From positions 1 to 53,984 of the forward strand of contig JAGYLS010000004.1 of the NCBI GenBank assembly GCA_018400815.1: a DNA stretch of 53,984 bases. Reading direction: 5' to 3'. Below the pieces are notes generated by a model. That model was given only the letters and a program-made list of their open reading frames with translations. It searched no databases and was not told the origin of the DNA. Origin of the DNA: Candidatus Oleincola secundus. GTDB lineage: Bacteria > Atribacterota > Phoenicimicrobiia > Phoenicimicrobiales > Stramentimicrobiaceae. The position numbers and the translations under genes were made by a program. Below, piece by piece: positions 30,550 through 40,950 of this stretch; within the stretch, counting starts at the first letter, position 1; every line of letters starts with the position of its first letter.

Positions 30550-31695
30550 TTAATCTAAAAATTCCATAAAAACAATATTAGACAACGATATTCCCTTTCT
30601 GGTTAAAAAATAGTGTGATTCATTATCATCTAACAAGCCCTGCTCTTTTAATCTTTTTAACTGTTCAGCAAAAACTGATTCTATGGGAACTTTAAAGCGC
30701 GCTATAAATTCACTCTTTGCCAGTCCTTCCATCATTCGTAAATGCAATATTACTGTCTCAGCCATTTCTTCCTTTAACGGAAGAATTTCTTTTGATTCAA
30801 TAGGTAAAATATTATTCACCAACAAATATATATATTGATTCAAATCACTAAAATTTTTAAAACGTATATTTTTAATATAAGAGGTAGAAGATGCTCCTAA
30901 TCCCAGGTATGGTTGATTTTTCCAGTATATCCGGTTATGAAAACAATACTTTCCGGGTAGCGCAAAATTTGATATCTCATATTGTTCATAACCATAGTTA
31001 TTAAAAAAATCAATCGCTTTTTGATACATAGCATAGGCAATATCATCTGAAGGTATTTTTAGTATTCCCTTTTCAAATAATTTTTCAAAGGGAGTACCTG
31101 GTTCAATAGAGAGACCATAAAGTGAGATATGTTCAGGATGAAGTTGCACAATTTCTTCTAAAGTCTTATTAAATTGCCTAATTGTTTGTCCCGGAAGCCC
31201 AAACATTAAATCAATGTTTATATTTTTAAATCCTATAGCTCTGGCTATATGATAACTGTTAAGTATTTCCTTTTTATCGTGAATTCTTCCTATATTTTTA
31301 AGTAACTTATTACTGAAAGACTGGGCTCCTATGCTAAGCCTGTTTACTCCTGCCTGGAAGATAATGCCTGCTTTTTTAAAATCAAATGTTGCAGGATTAC
31401 TCTCAATTGTTATTTCAATATCTTTATCAATTTTAAAATTTTTATAACATATCTCTAGTATCTCGACAATTAGTGGGCCGCTTAGTGTAGTTGGAGTTCC
31501 TCCCCCCAGATAAATAGATCGAATGACTGTTTCCGGATATTTTTGCCTGTAAATATTAATTTCTTTTTTTAAAGCATCAAGATAACTTCTTTTAATTAAT
31601 TCATTCTCAGCTACAATAGAAAAAAAACTACAATAAGGACATTTGGCATTACAAAAAGGGATATGTATATATAGACCTAATTTTATAAAATTCAT
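30550..31695 (-). CDS. hemW: HemN-like radical SAM heme chaperone
   Basis: YIHIPFCNAKCPYC, GGGTPT, YEISN; lepA-hemW-hrcA synteny. Confidence 0.92.
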   Translation of the reverse strand: MNFIKLGLYIHIPFCNAKCPYCSFFSIVAENELIKRSYLDALKKEINIYRQKYPETVIRSIYLGGGTPTTLSGPLIVEILEICYKNFKIDKDIEITIESNPATFDFKKAGIIFQAGVNRLSIGAQSFSNKLLKNIGRIHDKKEILNSYHIARAIGFKNINIDLMFGLPGQTIRQFNKTLEEIVQLHPEHISLYGLSIEPGTPFEKLFEKGILKIPSDDIAYAMYQKAIDFFNNYGYEQYEISNFALPGKYCFHNRIYWKNQPYLGLGASSTSYIKNIRFKNFSDLNQYIYLLVNNILPIESKEILPLKEEMAETVILHLRMMEGLAKSEFIARFKVPIESVFAEQLKRLKEQGLLDDNESHYFLTRKGISLSNIVFMEFLD

Positions 31696-31711
31696 AGCTA
31701 TGCTTCTATTT

Positions 31712-33514
31712 TTACTCTATCTTTAAAACACTCATAAATGCTTCTTGGGGTATTTCCACTTTTCCCACTTTTTTCATTCTTTTTTTACCGGCCTTTTGCT
31801 TTTCCAGTAACTTCCTTTTTCTGGTAATATCTCCACCGTAGCATTTTGCCAAAACATCCTTTTTTAAAGCCCTGACGGTAGAACGGGCAATAATTTTTTG
31901 ATTGATTTTAGCCTGGATAGGAACATCAAACATTTGCCTTGGGATTACGGTTTTGAGATTTTCCACCAATTTTCGAGCCCGCTCATGTGCTTTATCTTTA
32001 TGGCATATGAAGGAGAGATTATCTACCACATCCTGATTGACCAATAAATCAACCTTTGTTAAGGGTGAAGCTTGATAGTTAATGATTTGATAATCCAAAC
32101 TAGCATACCCCTTACTAATTGATTTAATTCTATCATAAAAATCAAGCATAATCTCATTCAATGGCAAATAATAGACCAATCGTGCCCTATCCTGATCAAG
32201 ATATTCTAAATTTTTAAATATTCCTCTCCTATCTTGAACAAGCTCCATAATGCCTCCCAGGAATTGGCTTGGTAGTACTACAGTCAACTCAATAAATGGC
32301 TCTTCGATAAAATCAATGGTATTAACTTCGGGCAATGATGAAGGATTATTTATTTCTATTATTTCTTTATCTTTTAAATGAACACGATATACAACACTTG
32401 GTGTGGTAGCGATTAATTGAATCTGATATTCTCTTTCCAATCGTTCCTGAATTATCTCCATATGCAGCAAACCTAAGAAACCACATCGAAAACCAAAACC
32501 TAAAGCAGGGGAGCTTTCAGCCATATAACTGATTGCTGAATCATTTAAGCTAAGTTTTTCAAGAGCATATTTAAGGTTATGATAATCATCATTTTCTACC
32601 GGATACATACTACAAAAAACAACAGGAGATACTTTTTTATAACCGGGTAACCTTTGTTCTGAAGGATGAATTGCATCAGTAATTGTATCTCCCACCTTGG
32701 TAAGGGTTATATCTTTAAAACCGGCAGTCAAATAACCAACATCACCAACTGAAAGTTGGTCAACTTTTTTTCTTTTTGGACTAAATATTCCAGTTTCAGT
32801 TACTTCATAGGTTTTCTTATTAGACATTGTCTGTATTTTCATGCCAGGTTTTACTGTCCCGTTTACAATTCGCAAATAAACAATAGAGCCTTGGTAGGAA
32901 TTGTAAACCGAATCAAAAATCAACGCTTGCAAGGGCTTGTCACCACTACCTCTTGGATGTGGGATATATTGTACAATAGCATCCAATACCTCTTTTATTC
33001 CTCTTCCATCTTTAGCACTAGTCAAAAATATCGGACTATTTTCCAGGCCTTTTATCTTTTTAATCTCTTCTCTTACTCTTTCCGGATTGGCAGTAGAAAG
33101 ATCAATTTTATTAATAATCAATATAATATTTAAATTATTCTCTAAAGCCATCTGAACATTGGCAATTGTTTGAGCCTGCACACCTTGAGCAGCATCTATT
33201 ACTAACAGGGCCCCTTCGCAGGCCGCCAAACTTCTTGATACTTCATAGGAAAAGTCAACATGACCCGGGGTATCAATTAAATTAAAAATATATTGACCTC
33301 CGTTATCAGTTTTATATAACAACCGGACAGCCTTTGATTTAATGGTAATGCCTTTTTCCCGCTCCAAATCCATATCATCAAGCACCTGATTTCTTCTTTC
33401 TCTTTCGCTTATTGTTTCGGTTAACTCTAAAATCCGGTCAGCAATAGTTGATTTTCCATGATCAATATGAGCGATTATGGAAAAATTTCGAATATCTTCT
33501 ATTCTAGTAGGCAT
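31712..33514 (-). CDS. lepA: Elongation factor 4
   Basis: [29 protein letters not shown]. Confidence 0.98.
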   Translation of the reverse strand: MPTRIEDIRNFSIIAHIDHGKSTIADRILELTETISERERRNQVLDDMDLEREKGITIKSKAVRLLYKTDNGGQYIFNLIDTPGHVDFSYEVSRSLAACEGALLVIDAAQGVQAQTIANVQMALENNLNIILIINKIDLSTANPERVREEIKKIKGLENSPIFLTSAKDGRGIKEVLDAIVQYIPHPRGSGDKPLQALIFDSVYNSYQGSIVYLRIVNGTVKPGMKIQTMSNKKTYEVTETGIFSPKRKKVDQLSVGDVGYLTAGFKDITLTKVGDTITDAIHPSEQRLPGYKKVSPVVFCSMYPVENDDYHNLKYALEKLSLNDSAISYMAESSPALGFGFRCGFLGLLHMEIIQERLEREYQIQLIATTPSVVYRVHLKDKEIIEINNPSSLPEVNTIDFIEEPFIELTVVLPSQFLGGIMELVQDRRGIFKNLEYLDQDRARLVYYLPLNEIMLDFYDRIKSISKGYASLDYQIINYQASPLTKVDLLVNQDVVDNLSFICHKDKAHERARKLVENLKTVIPRQMFDVPIQAKINQKIIARSTVRALKKDVLAKCYGGDITRKRKLLEKQKAGKKRMKKVGKVEIPQEAFMSVLKIE

Positions 33515-35099
33515 TTATATCCTCTTCCTTCAATTTTCCTTTAATCATTTTACCAATTATTTGTCGTGCGTTTCGAAATTCCGAGATACCCAATATTATA
33601 CCACTAAAGTAATAAACCATTAATCCTAAAATAACAGATATTATAACCTGCGCAAACTGTACTATTTTAACATTCAGGTCAAGCATAAAGTCAAAATATT
33701 GGGCAACAAGCCAACAGGAAATACCCATAAGAAAAGATGCCAAGCATATTTTCCAGAAAAAACTGAACAATTCTCCGGAAAATATTCCATTTACTTTTCT
33801 ATTTAAAACGACACTTAGGATAATCAAATGAATAATAGCGGCAATTGAGGTTGCCAGGGCTATTCCGGCATGGGCTAAATAACGTACCAAAATAAGGTCT
33901 AATATTATATTGAAGATAACTACAAAAATACCTATCTTTAATGGAGTTTTAGTATCTTTTAAGGCATAAAAGGTACTTATGACTAATCTTAAGGTTGCCA
34001 TAGCAAATAGTCCCACTGTATAACAAACCAGGGCTATTTCCGTTAAACTAGTGTCTTGTGAACTAAACAATCCATGCTCATAGAATAGTCGGATAATCGG
34101 ATGGCTTAGAACAATCAAACCGACAGTAGATGGTAAAATAAAGAAAGATAGTATTTTTACCCCGAAAGAGAAGCTATCTCTCATTTCCTCAAATTCTTTT
34201 TTTGCCACATGCCTGGAAAGTGTAGGTAAAATGGCAATGGAAAGTGCAATTCCAAATACGCCCAGTGGAAATTGCATTAGCCGATTGGCATAATACAAGG
34301 CTGAAATGCTGCCATTTGCCAAATAAGAGGCAATAATTCTGTCAACCACGAAATTAATCTTATCAATTGCCAGGCCAAACATTGCAGGCATCAAAAGCTG
34401 GAAAAGGTTTCTTATCCCCGGTTCATGAAAATCAACAATCAGCTGATAGTTAAAATGTTTTTTTATCAATGCCGGTATATGAATCAGTGCCTGGACTAAT
34501 CCGCCAATTATTACACCAAGAGTTAAGCTGTATATGCCCATTTTTGTTGAGTAAAAAAAAGCAAAGGACATTATTCCAATATTCAACATAGCCGGTGCAA
34601 ATGCAGGAATAAAAAATTGCCTGTAAGAATTTAGAATACCCATAAACAAAGCAGCTACCGCTGCAAAACCAATGTAGGGAAACATTATTTTAGTTAAACG
34701 TACGGTTAATTCAAATTTTTCAGGTTCTTGTTTGAATCCGCTGGCTACCATATTAACAATCAATGGTGCCCCCCAGATTCCCAGTAATATAATGACAACC
34801 AGGGTGATGATTAAAATATTAAGAACATTGCTGGCAAAAGCATCGGCTTTTTTTTGATTGTGATATGCCAGGTAATCAGAAAAAACAGGGATAAAAGTAG
34901 TATTGAGAGCCCCTTCCCCCAAGAAACTTCTTAATAAATTAGGGATCATAAATGCCACAAAAAACGCATCTGTCTCGAGCCCTGCTCCAAATTGATTTGA
35001 TATCACCATCTCTCTGCCCAATCCCAATATCCTGCATAATAGTGTTGCAACCATTACAATACCGGTATATTTCGCTACCCGGTAATTACTATTTGTCAT
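33504..35099 (-). CDS. murJ: Lipid II flippase
   Basis: [13 protein letters not shown]...[12 protein letters not shown]; many TM helices. Confidence 0.96.
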   Translation of the reverse strand: MTNSNYRVAKYTGIVMVATLLCRILGLGREMVISNQFGAGLETDAFFVAFMIPNLLRSFLGEGALNTTFIPVFSDYLAYHNQKKADAFASNVLNILIITLVVIILLGIWGAPLIVNMVASGFKQEPEKFELTVRLTKIMFPYIGFAAVAALFMGILNSYRQFFIPAFAPAMLNIGIMSFAFFYSTKMGIYSLTLGVIIGGLVQALIHIPALIKKHFNYQLIVDFHEPGIRNLFQLLMPAMFGLAIDKINFVVDRIIASYLANGSISALYYANRLMQFPLGVFGIALSIAILPTLSRHVAKKEFEEMRDSFSFGVKILSFFILPSTVGLIVLSHPIIRLFYEHGLFSSQDTSLTEIALVCYTVGLFAMATLRLVISTFYALKDTKTPLKIGIFVVIFNIILDLILVRYLAHAGIALATSIAAIIHLIILSVVLNRKVNGIFSGELFSFFWKICLASFLMGISCWLVAQYFDFMLDLNVKIVQFAQVIISVILGLMVYYFSGIILGISEFRNARQIIGKMIKGKLKEEDINAY

Positions 35100-35148
35100 T
35101 CTTTTAAACCCCTCGATTTATTTACTTAACATACCTTTTTATAACTGC

Positions 35149-35177
35149 TTGATTTTAGGCATAAAAGATGTTAAAAT
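35149..35177 (+). promoter_or_regulatory. Promoter of rpsT
   Basis: TTGATT-N17-TAAAAT with extended -10 TG. Confidence 0.65.
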
Positions 35178-35219
35178 TTACCAGCAAAAATATTTTTTGA
35201 AAGGAAAAAGGATACTAAT

Positions 35220-35528
35220 ATGCCTATTATAAAATCTGCCATTAAAAGAGTTAAAATATCAGAAAGACAACGTCTAAAAAATTCTGCTTACAAATCAAAA
35301 GTTAAAACATTAATTAAGAAATTTGAAAATTCACTTAAAAGTGAAAATATAGAAGATGCTAATCAAAGTTATCACCAGTGTATTTCTATTTTAGACAAAG
35401 CGGCGCAAAAAGGAATTTTTGCAAAAAATACTGTTGCCCGAAAGAAATCATTATTAGCAAAGAAACTTAAAAATCTTTCCCAAAGCAAGCAAGATAAAAA
35501 TATGCAAAATGATAATGAAAAGAAATAA
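35220..35528 (+). CDS. rpsT: 30S ribosomal protein S20
   Basis: IKSAIKR, LDKAAQKG, KNTVARKKS. Confidence 0.96.
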   Translation: MPIIKSAIKRVKISERQRLKNSAYKSKVKTLIKKFENSLKSENIEDANQSYHQCISILDKAAQKGIFAKNTVARKKSLLAKKLKNLSQSKQDKNMQNDNEKK

Positions 35529-35541
35529 TGAAATTAATTAT

Positions 35542-36564
35542 CTAATTCGTAATTTTTATTACCAATTGTTCCAGCACCATAACAGGATTAAAATATCCTG
35601 TTTTTAATTTTTTTTCGGCATCTAACAGATGCCGAAAAATATTTTTCAATTTTTCTAATTTATACTTCTGCGATTGTTTGATTAACTTATCTACAACAAA
35701 AGGAGGGAGATGCAATTCTCCCTTTAGTTTTTCCTGGTTATCATAATATAATTTCGCCCTCAATATTAATTTTATTTGACGACTTATCATAGCCAATAAT
35801 GATAATGGATGATATTCGTTTTCTTCTAATTTTTCTAACAGTTTTAAGGCTAATTTTGTTTTTCTCTCACCAATTGCGTCTACAAAATCAAAAATATTGC
35901 CCCCCTCTGAACCAAAAAAGTTATTAATGATATCTTCCTTGTTTATCCTGGAAGAATTTTTACCCAAATAGCAGAATATTTTCTCTAATTCATTGTTCAT
36001 TCTACCTAAGTCATTATCTGTTAATCTTTGCAAATAATATAAGGCTTCTGGCGATATTTCTATCTGATTTTCTCGGCATTTTTGATTAGCCCATTGTTTG
36101 ATTTGGTATGACCTGGGCTTCTTCAGAGAAACTATGCTACCGTACTTCTTTATTCTTTCTAAGGATATACTGGTAGGCATTTTTTTATTTAAACTAAAAA
36201 TTAAAATGATTACGCTATCATCCTGAAATGATTTGCTCTTAATAAGCAAATCTAACTTTTTAGCATAAGAAGCATTCAGTTTTTCTAAATGCTTAAGAAT
36301 AATAATCTGTTTCTCAGTACCCAGAGGCAATATCTTAATAGAATTAACCAATCGGTTAAAATCAACATTTTCTCCATAAAATATTTCATAATTAACAGAT
36401 TGTTTATCATTACAGAAATGAGCTTTAATATTATCCTGTATTATATTATGAAGATAATTCTCTTCTCCATATAAAAGATAGATTGGCTTTAGAGAGTCAC
36501 TGTTTATATCCTTTTGCAGCTGAAAAAAATCAATAATCTGTTGTTTTGCCATATATTTTTTCAC
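35542..36564 (-). CDS. holA: DNA polymerase III delta subunit
   Basis: YLLYGEE, NELEK, IFDFVDAI; comEC-holA-rpsT synteny. Confidence 0.92.
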   Translation of the reverse strand: MKKYMAKQQIIDFFQLQKDINSDSLKPIYLLYGEENYLHNIIQDNIKAHFCNDKQSVNYEIFYGENVDFNRLVNSIKILPLGTEKQIIILKHLEKLNASYAKKLDLLIKSKSFQDDSVIILIFSLNKKMPTSISLERIKKYGSIVSLKKPRSYQIKQWANQKCRENQIEISPEALYYLQRLTDNDLGRMNNELEKIFCYLGKNSSRINKEDIINNFFGSEGGNIFDFVDAIGERKTKLALKLLEKLEENEYHPLSLLAMISRQIKLILRAKLYYDNQEKLKGELHLPPFVVDKLIKQSQKYKLEKLKNIFRHLLDAEKKLKTGYFNPVMVLEQLVIKITN

Positions 36565-39011
36565 CTTAGAATATTAATATAATATTTACTGCCATTACTT
36601 TTTACTATAATAGTTCCATTCATGTCAGTCCGAAATACTTTCTGACAATTTTTTTCTAATTTTTTAATTACTTTTGGATTAGGGTGTCCAAAGTTGTTAG
36701 AGCCAACTGAAATTATAGCAACTTCAGGTTTTACTTTCTCTAAAAATAAATCTCCTGTAGAGCTACCGCTGCCATGGTGTGCAACTTTCAATATATCACT
36801 TTTCAGCAAACTGTTCCTGGACAATAGATTTATTTCAGCGGTCTCTTCTATGTCACCTGTAAATAAAAAATCAGTATTTTTATAATGTAATTTTAGCACA
36901 ATCGAATTGTTATTGAAATCATTTTCAATCACACAATTAGATGTTTTGTAAGGATTTAAAATAAAAAACTCGATTTCAGGGGTTATTTGTATCACATCTC
37001 CTGCTCTGGTTTGATAGTAAGAAATATTTTCATCTTCCTTAATCAAAGAAAGAAAATCCAAATACGTTTTATCCTGATATTGTACACCACTATCCACTAC
37101 CAAATTAACTTTCATTTCTTTCAGTACAGGCAACAGTCCTTCCAAATGATCCATATCGGGGTGAGTTAAAAACATAATATCAATCTTATTGATGCCTTCC
37201 CGTCTTAAATAGGGAATAACTATATTTTTACCTACATCAAAATCACCATATGGTGTTCCACCACCATCGATTAAAATATTCTTTTTTTGTGGAGTTTGTA
37301 CTAAAATACAATCACCCTGCCCTACATTAATAAAATGTACTGCCAATAAAGATGATGGAAAAAGAATATTTATAAATAGCAAAATAAAACTGAAAGATAC
37401 TATCAGCCAAAATCTACGCTTTTTTACCAATAAATCATACTTGGACCAGAAGTGGATAGAATAAAAACCCATCAAAACAATAATGTAATAAAGAATTATC
37501 GAAGTTAAATCAGGTTGAGCAACATATTGATAGGCAAAAGGTAATGATGATAAGTTTTTCCCTACTATAAGCAATAAGGCAATCAAAACCTCATTAAAGA
37601 GTGAAAATAAACTAGCAATTGGCAGGAATAAAAATGATAAAAAAATAGAAATCAAAGCTAAAATAAGGATAACTCCGATGAGGGGAATTATTATAATATT
37701 GGATAGAATTCCAATAAAAGATATTTTATAAAAAAAATAAGCAGACAATGGAACCATTCCCAACCAGGCGGACAATGATACTGAGAAAAGTTTTCTAAGG
37801 TAGGAAGGCAGATATTCTAATTTACCTTCCAGGATCGGAGCAAGAAAAATAATAAAGAATGTAACCACAAAGGAAAGTACAAAACCGGCATCATATATAT
37901 ATAAAGGCTGCCATAATAATATTAAAAAAGCTGCCAGGTATAGGCTGTTATATATGTGGTAAGGTCGATTAAAGCATTTTGCAATAATAACAATAGCAAG
38001 CATCAGAGTCGCTCTACTTACCGAGGGACGAAAACCTGTCATAGAGGCATACCCTAACATGATGATAATGATAATAAGGTATTTAAATAGATCATTTATC
38101 CAATATTTCGGTATCAAATTAAAAATAAAAAGTAAAACTATAGCAATAATGCCTACATGCAAACCGGAAATAGCAAGTATGTGCATAATGCCTGCATCTT
38201 GAAAAAGATCGATCAACTCTCTGGATATTTCCGTTTTATCCCCTATTAGAATTGCTTTTATAAAACCTTTTCCAGGTGATTTATATATTTTTTCAATCTT
38301 CTGGGTTATCCGATTTTTAATACCATAAATAAGGGCATTAATGCTTAAATTTTTACTATGTCCAATAATTTCCAGCTTATTAATTTCAACACTATCGGTC
38401 AAAAAAATATTTTGTCTTGTCAGATAATCCCGATAATTAAATTCACCAAAATTACCAGGCAATTCCGGTTCTTGTAACAATACCTCTGCTTTTATAACAT
38501 CACCAAAATTAATAACCGGTTCAACACCGTATACTCTCAACAAGACACGACCGTTAGTTTGGTAACGCTTATCATATAGTTGGAAGAAGTTTGTGTTTAC
38601 TTGAATTTCCTGATAATTATATGTTTGCTTCATTTCTGCTTGACAGACAGTTCCAAAAAGTTTACCTTGCTCTCCGCTAAAATGATAGATATTGTTAGAG
38701 CCAGATGGCTGTAAATGATAGGATGTGTTTACCATACCTATAAATAGAAAGGATGATAAAAATAAAATTACGGTAATTTTCCAATCATTTTTATAGGACA
38801 GCCAACTTAGCAGACAAACAATTATGCAAATAATAAATAAACTGAAATAATCGAGAAACCCAAAAATATTGGCTAAAATAATTCCGGCAACATAGGATGA
38901 TAATAATAAAAGAAGGGGATTTTGTATGGAGGATAATGGGTGAACCTGTTTAATAGACAGTGATGTACTCCTTAATACTTTCGAATCTCTTTTCTCCAAT
39001 TCCTGAAACAT
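36561..39011 (-). CDS. comEC: DNA uptake channel ComEC/Rec2 (start uncertain)
   Basis: HILAISGLH competence domain, MBL domain VGQGD, THPDMDH, KVAHHGS. Confidence 0.95.
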   Translation of the reverse strand: MFQELEKRDSKVLRSTSLSIKQVHPLSSIQNPLLLLLSSYVAGIILANIFGFLDYFSLFIICIIVCLLSWLSYKNDWKITVILFLSSFLFIGMVNTSYHLQPSGSNNIYHFSGEQGKLFGTVCQAEMKQTYNYQEIQVNTNFFQLYDKRYQTNGRVLLRVYGVEPVINFGDVIKAEVLLQEPELPGNFGEFNYRDYLTRQNIFLTDSVEINKLEIIGHSKNLSINALIYGIKNRITQKIEKIYKSPGKGFIKAILIGDKTEISRELIDLFQDAGIMHILAISGLHVGIIAIVLLFIFNLIPKYWINDLFKYLIIIIIMLGYASMTGFRPSVSRATLMLAIVIIAKCFNRPYHIYNSLYLAAFLILLWQPLYIYDAGFVLSFVVTFFIIFLAPILEGKLEYLPSYLRKLFSVSLSAWLGMVPLSAYFFYKISFIGILSNIIIIPLIGVILILALISIFLSFLFLPIASLFSLFNEVLIALLLIVGKNLSSLPFAYQYVAQPDLTSIILYYIIVLMGFYSIHFWSKYDLLVKKRRFWLIVSFSFILLFINILFPSSLLAVHFINVGQGDCILVQTPQKKNILIDGGGTPYGDFDVGKNIVIPYLRREGINKIDIMFLTHPDMDHLEGLLPVLKEMKVNLVVDSGVQYQDKTYLDFLSLIKEDENISYYQTRAGDVIQITPEIEFFILNPYKTSNCVIENDFNNNSIVLKLHYKNTDFLFTGDIEETAEINLLSRNSLLKSDILKVAHHGSGSSTGDLFLEKVKPEVAIISVGSNNFGHPNPKVIKKLEKNCQKVFRTDMNGTIIVKSNGSKYYINILR

Positions 39012-39579
39012 TCATAATATCCTCTATATTCCTAAACAAACCATGATTCTTGCGATAAGCAAGAATACGCTCAGCTAAGGCCGGCCCGATGCCGGGCAAA
39101 GTTTCTAACTGATTAGAGGTAACGGCATTAAGATTTAATAAACTGCTGTTAAGGGAGTAATCATGCTGACGAACTTCTTCATTCGCTAGAGCATTTTGGT
39201 TAACTTCATCTCCCTTGTTTTCTGAAATAAATGGGATAACTATTTTTTGTCCATCATAAAGGTGTGCAGCTAGATTAACAGCATCAACATTTGCCTTTTC
39301 CATTTCCCCGCCAGCCATCTTCACAGCATCAATTATACGTTCACCTTCAGTCAATTGATACACGCCAGGCTGGTTAATTGCCCCCGAAATATGAACTATA
39401 CATATTTTTTTATCAATTAATTCTTTTTCTTCCCGGATATCACTTTCACCCATATCAGCAGTTGGTACTATGGTAATACTCTCTTTTTCTTTACTATATA
39501 ATTTCCAACTGAAAGTTATTAACAGTGCTGAAATAATAATCAGAAAAACAATTTTTTCCTGTCTGGAAAGATTGAACAT
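38950..39579 (-). CDS. comEA: DNA receptor ComEA
   Basis: N-terminal TM, SLBB (VHISGAINQPGVY), HhH LPGIGP and VSGIG. Confidence 0.95.
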   Translation of the reverse strand: MFNLSRQEKIVFLIIISALLITFSWKLYSKEKESITIVPTADMGESDIREEKELIDKKICIVHISGAINQPGVYQLTEGERIIDAVKMAGGEMEKANVDAVNLAAHLYDGQKIVIPFISENKGDEVNQNALANEEVRQHDYSLNSSLLNLNAVTSNQLETLPGIGPALAERILAYRKNHGLFRNIEDIMNVSGIGEKRFESIKEYITVY

Positions 39580-39633
39580 AATTGATTCTCCTCTTCTTTT
39601 CTGTTTTACTTATTTTCCTGACCACAATTTCTT

Positions 39634-40950
39634 TTACTCATAATTTTTCTTTTTGAGAAAATAGGCCTTTGCTTCTCCAACAGTGTACAATGAACCGGTT
39701 ACGCAAATTACACTATCTTTTTTAGCAATCCTGATAGATTCTTGAATAGCAGCATCAACAGTTGTTTTTTCTATTATTTTATCAGGATTAATATAACGGC
39801 CTGCTTCTCTAGCCAGTATATGGGTTGGTGTAGCCCGGGGATTGTTTGCCATTGTTATGATAATTTGGTCTGCAAAAGGAACAATATTCTTGAGAATACC
39901 TAGATAGTCTTTATCACTAAAGATACCCAAAACCGCTACAATTTTTTTATCCGGAACAAACTTCCTTAAATTTTTGCTGAATTGGTCAACTCCATTGGGA
40001 TTATGGGCGCCATCCAGGATAACCATTGGCTCTTTTTGTACAATTTCAAATCTACCCGGCCATTGGCTATCTCTTAGGCCATTCAAAATTGCTTGCTCAT
40101 TTATAACAAAATCCATCTTATTTAATAACTCTGTTACAGCAATGGCCATTGCAGCATTCTCAATCTGATATTCGCCCAACAACGGGATGTGCAAATCATT
40201 AAATTTATGATAAATTCCAGAGTAATTAAAATTGTTTCCTTCTAAATCAGAATAAGTTGGATATGGCTTGATCTCTTGCCCCACCGAATATACCGGAGCC
40301 TGTCTTTCTTCTGCTATAGATTTAATTACCCTATCTGCTTCCGGATATTGTTCGGCATTTATTACATATGTCTTATCTTTAATAATTTCCCCTTTTTCAC
40401 GAGCAATTTCAGTTAAAGTATTTCCTAACTTGTCCATATGGTCATAGTCAATATGACTAATAGCGGAAACAAGTGATTGGCAAACATTAGTAGCATCGAG
40501 TCGTCCACCTAAACCAGCTTCCATAATAGAAAAATCAGCCTTGCTTTCATAAAAATAAACAAACGCCATGGTAGTTATGACCTCAAAAAAGGTGGGATGC
40601 TGGTATCCTTCTGTTTTGGCTACTTTATCTATAGCTGGTTTTATCCTTTCCAAAAGAGAACATACATCATGCTGAGATATTAATTTTTCGTTTATCCTCA
40701 TTCTCTCCTGAAAATGAACCAGGTGCGGAGAAGTATACAAACCAACTTTATATCCGGCAGCTTTTAATATTGAAAATATCATTGCTGCTGTGGAGCCTTT
40801 GCCGTTTGTGCCGGCAATATGGATTACCTTGGTCTTTAAATGGGGATTATCAAAAAGGGAAAGTAAATAAGAAATGTTCTTGAGACCTAATTTAATCCCA
40901 TATTTGTTCAGACCATATATATATTCAATTGCTTGATGATAATCTATCAT
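39634..40950 (-). CDS. folC: Folylpolyglutamate/dihydrofolate synthase
   Basis: GTNGKGST, YTSPHL, EAGLGGRLDATN, DGAHN. Confidence 0.97.
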   Translation of the reverse strand: MIDYHQAIEYIYGLNKYGIKLGLKNISYLLSLFDNPHLKTKVIHIAGTNGKGSTAAMIFSILKAAGYKVGLYTSPHLVHFQERMRINEKLISQHDVCSLLERIKPAIDKVAKTEGYQHPTFFEVITTMAFVYFYESKADFSIMEAGLGGRLDATNVCQSLVSAISHIDYDHMDKLGNTLTEIAREKGEIIKDKTYVINAEQYPEADRVIKSIAEERQAPVYSVGQEIKPYPTYSDLEGNNFNYSGIYHKFNDLHIPLLGEYQIENAAMAIAVTELLNKMDFVINEQAILNGLRDSQWPGRFEIVQKEPMVILDGAHNPNGVDQFSKNLRKFVPDKKIVAVLGIFSDKDYLGILKNIVPFADQIIITMANNPRATPTHILAREAGRYINPDKIIEKTTVDAAIQESIRIAKKDSVICVTGSLYTVGEAKAYFLKKKNYE

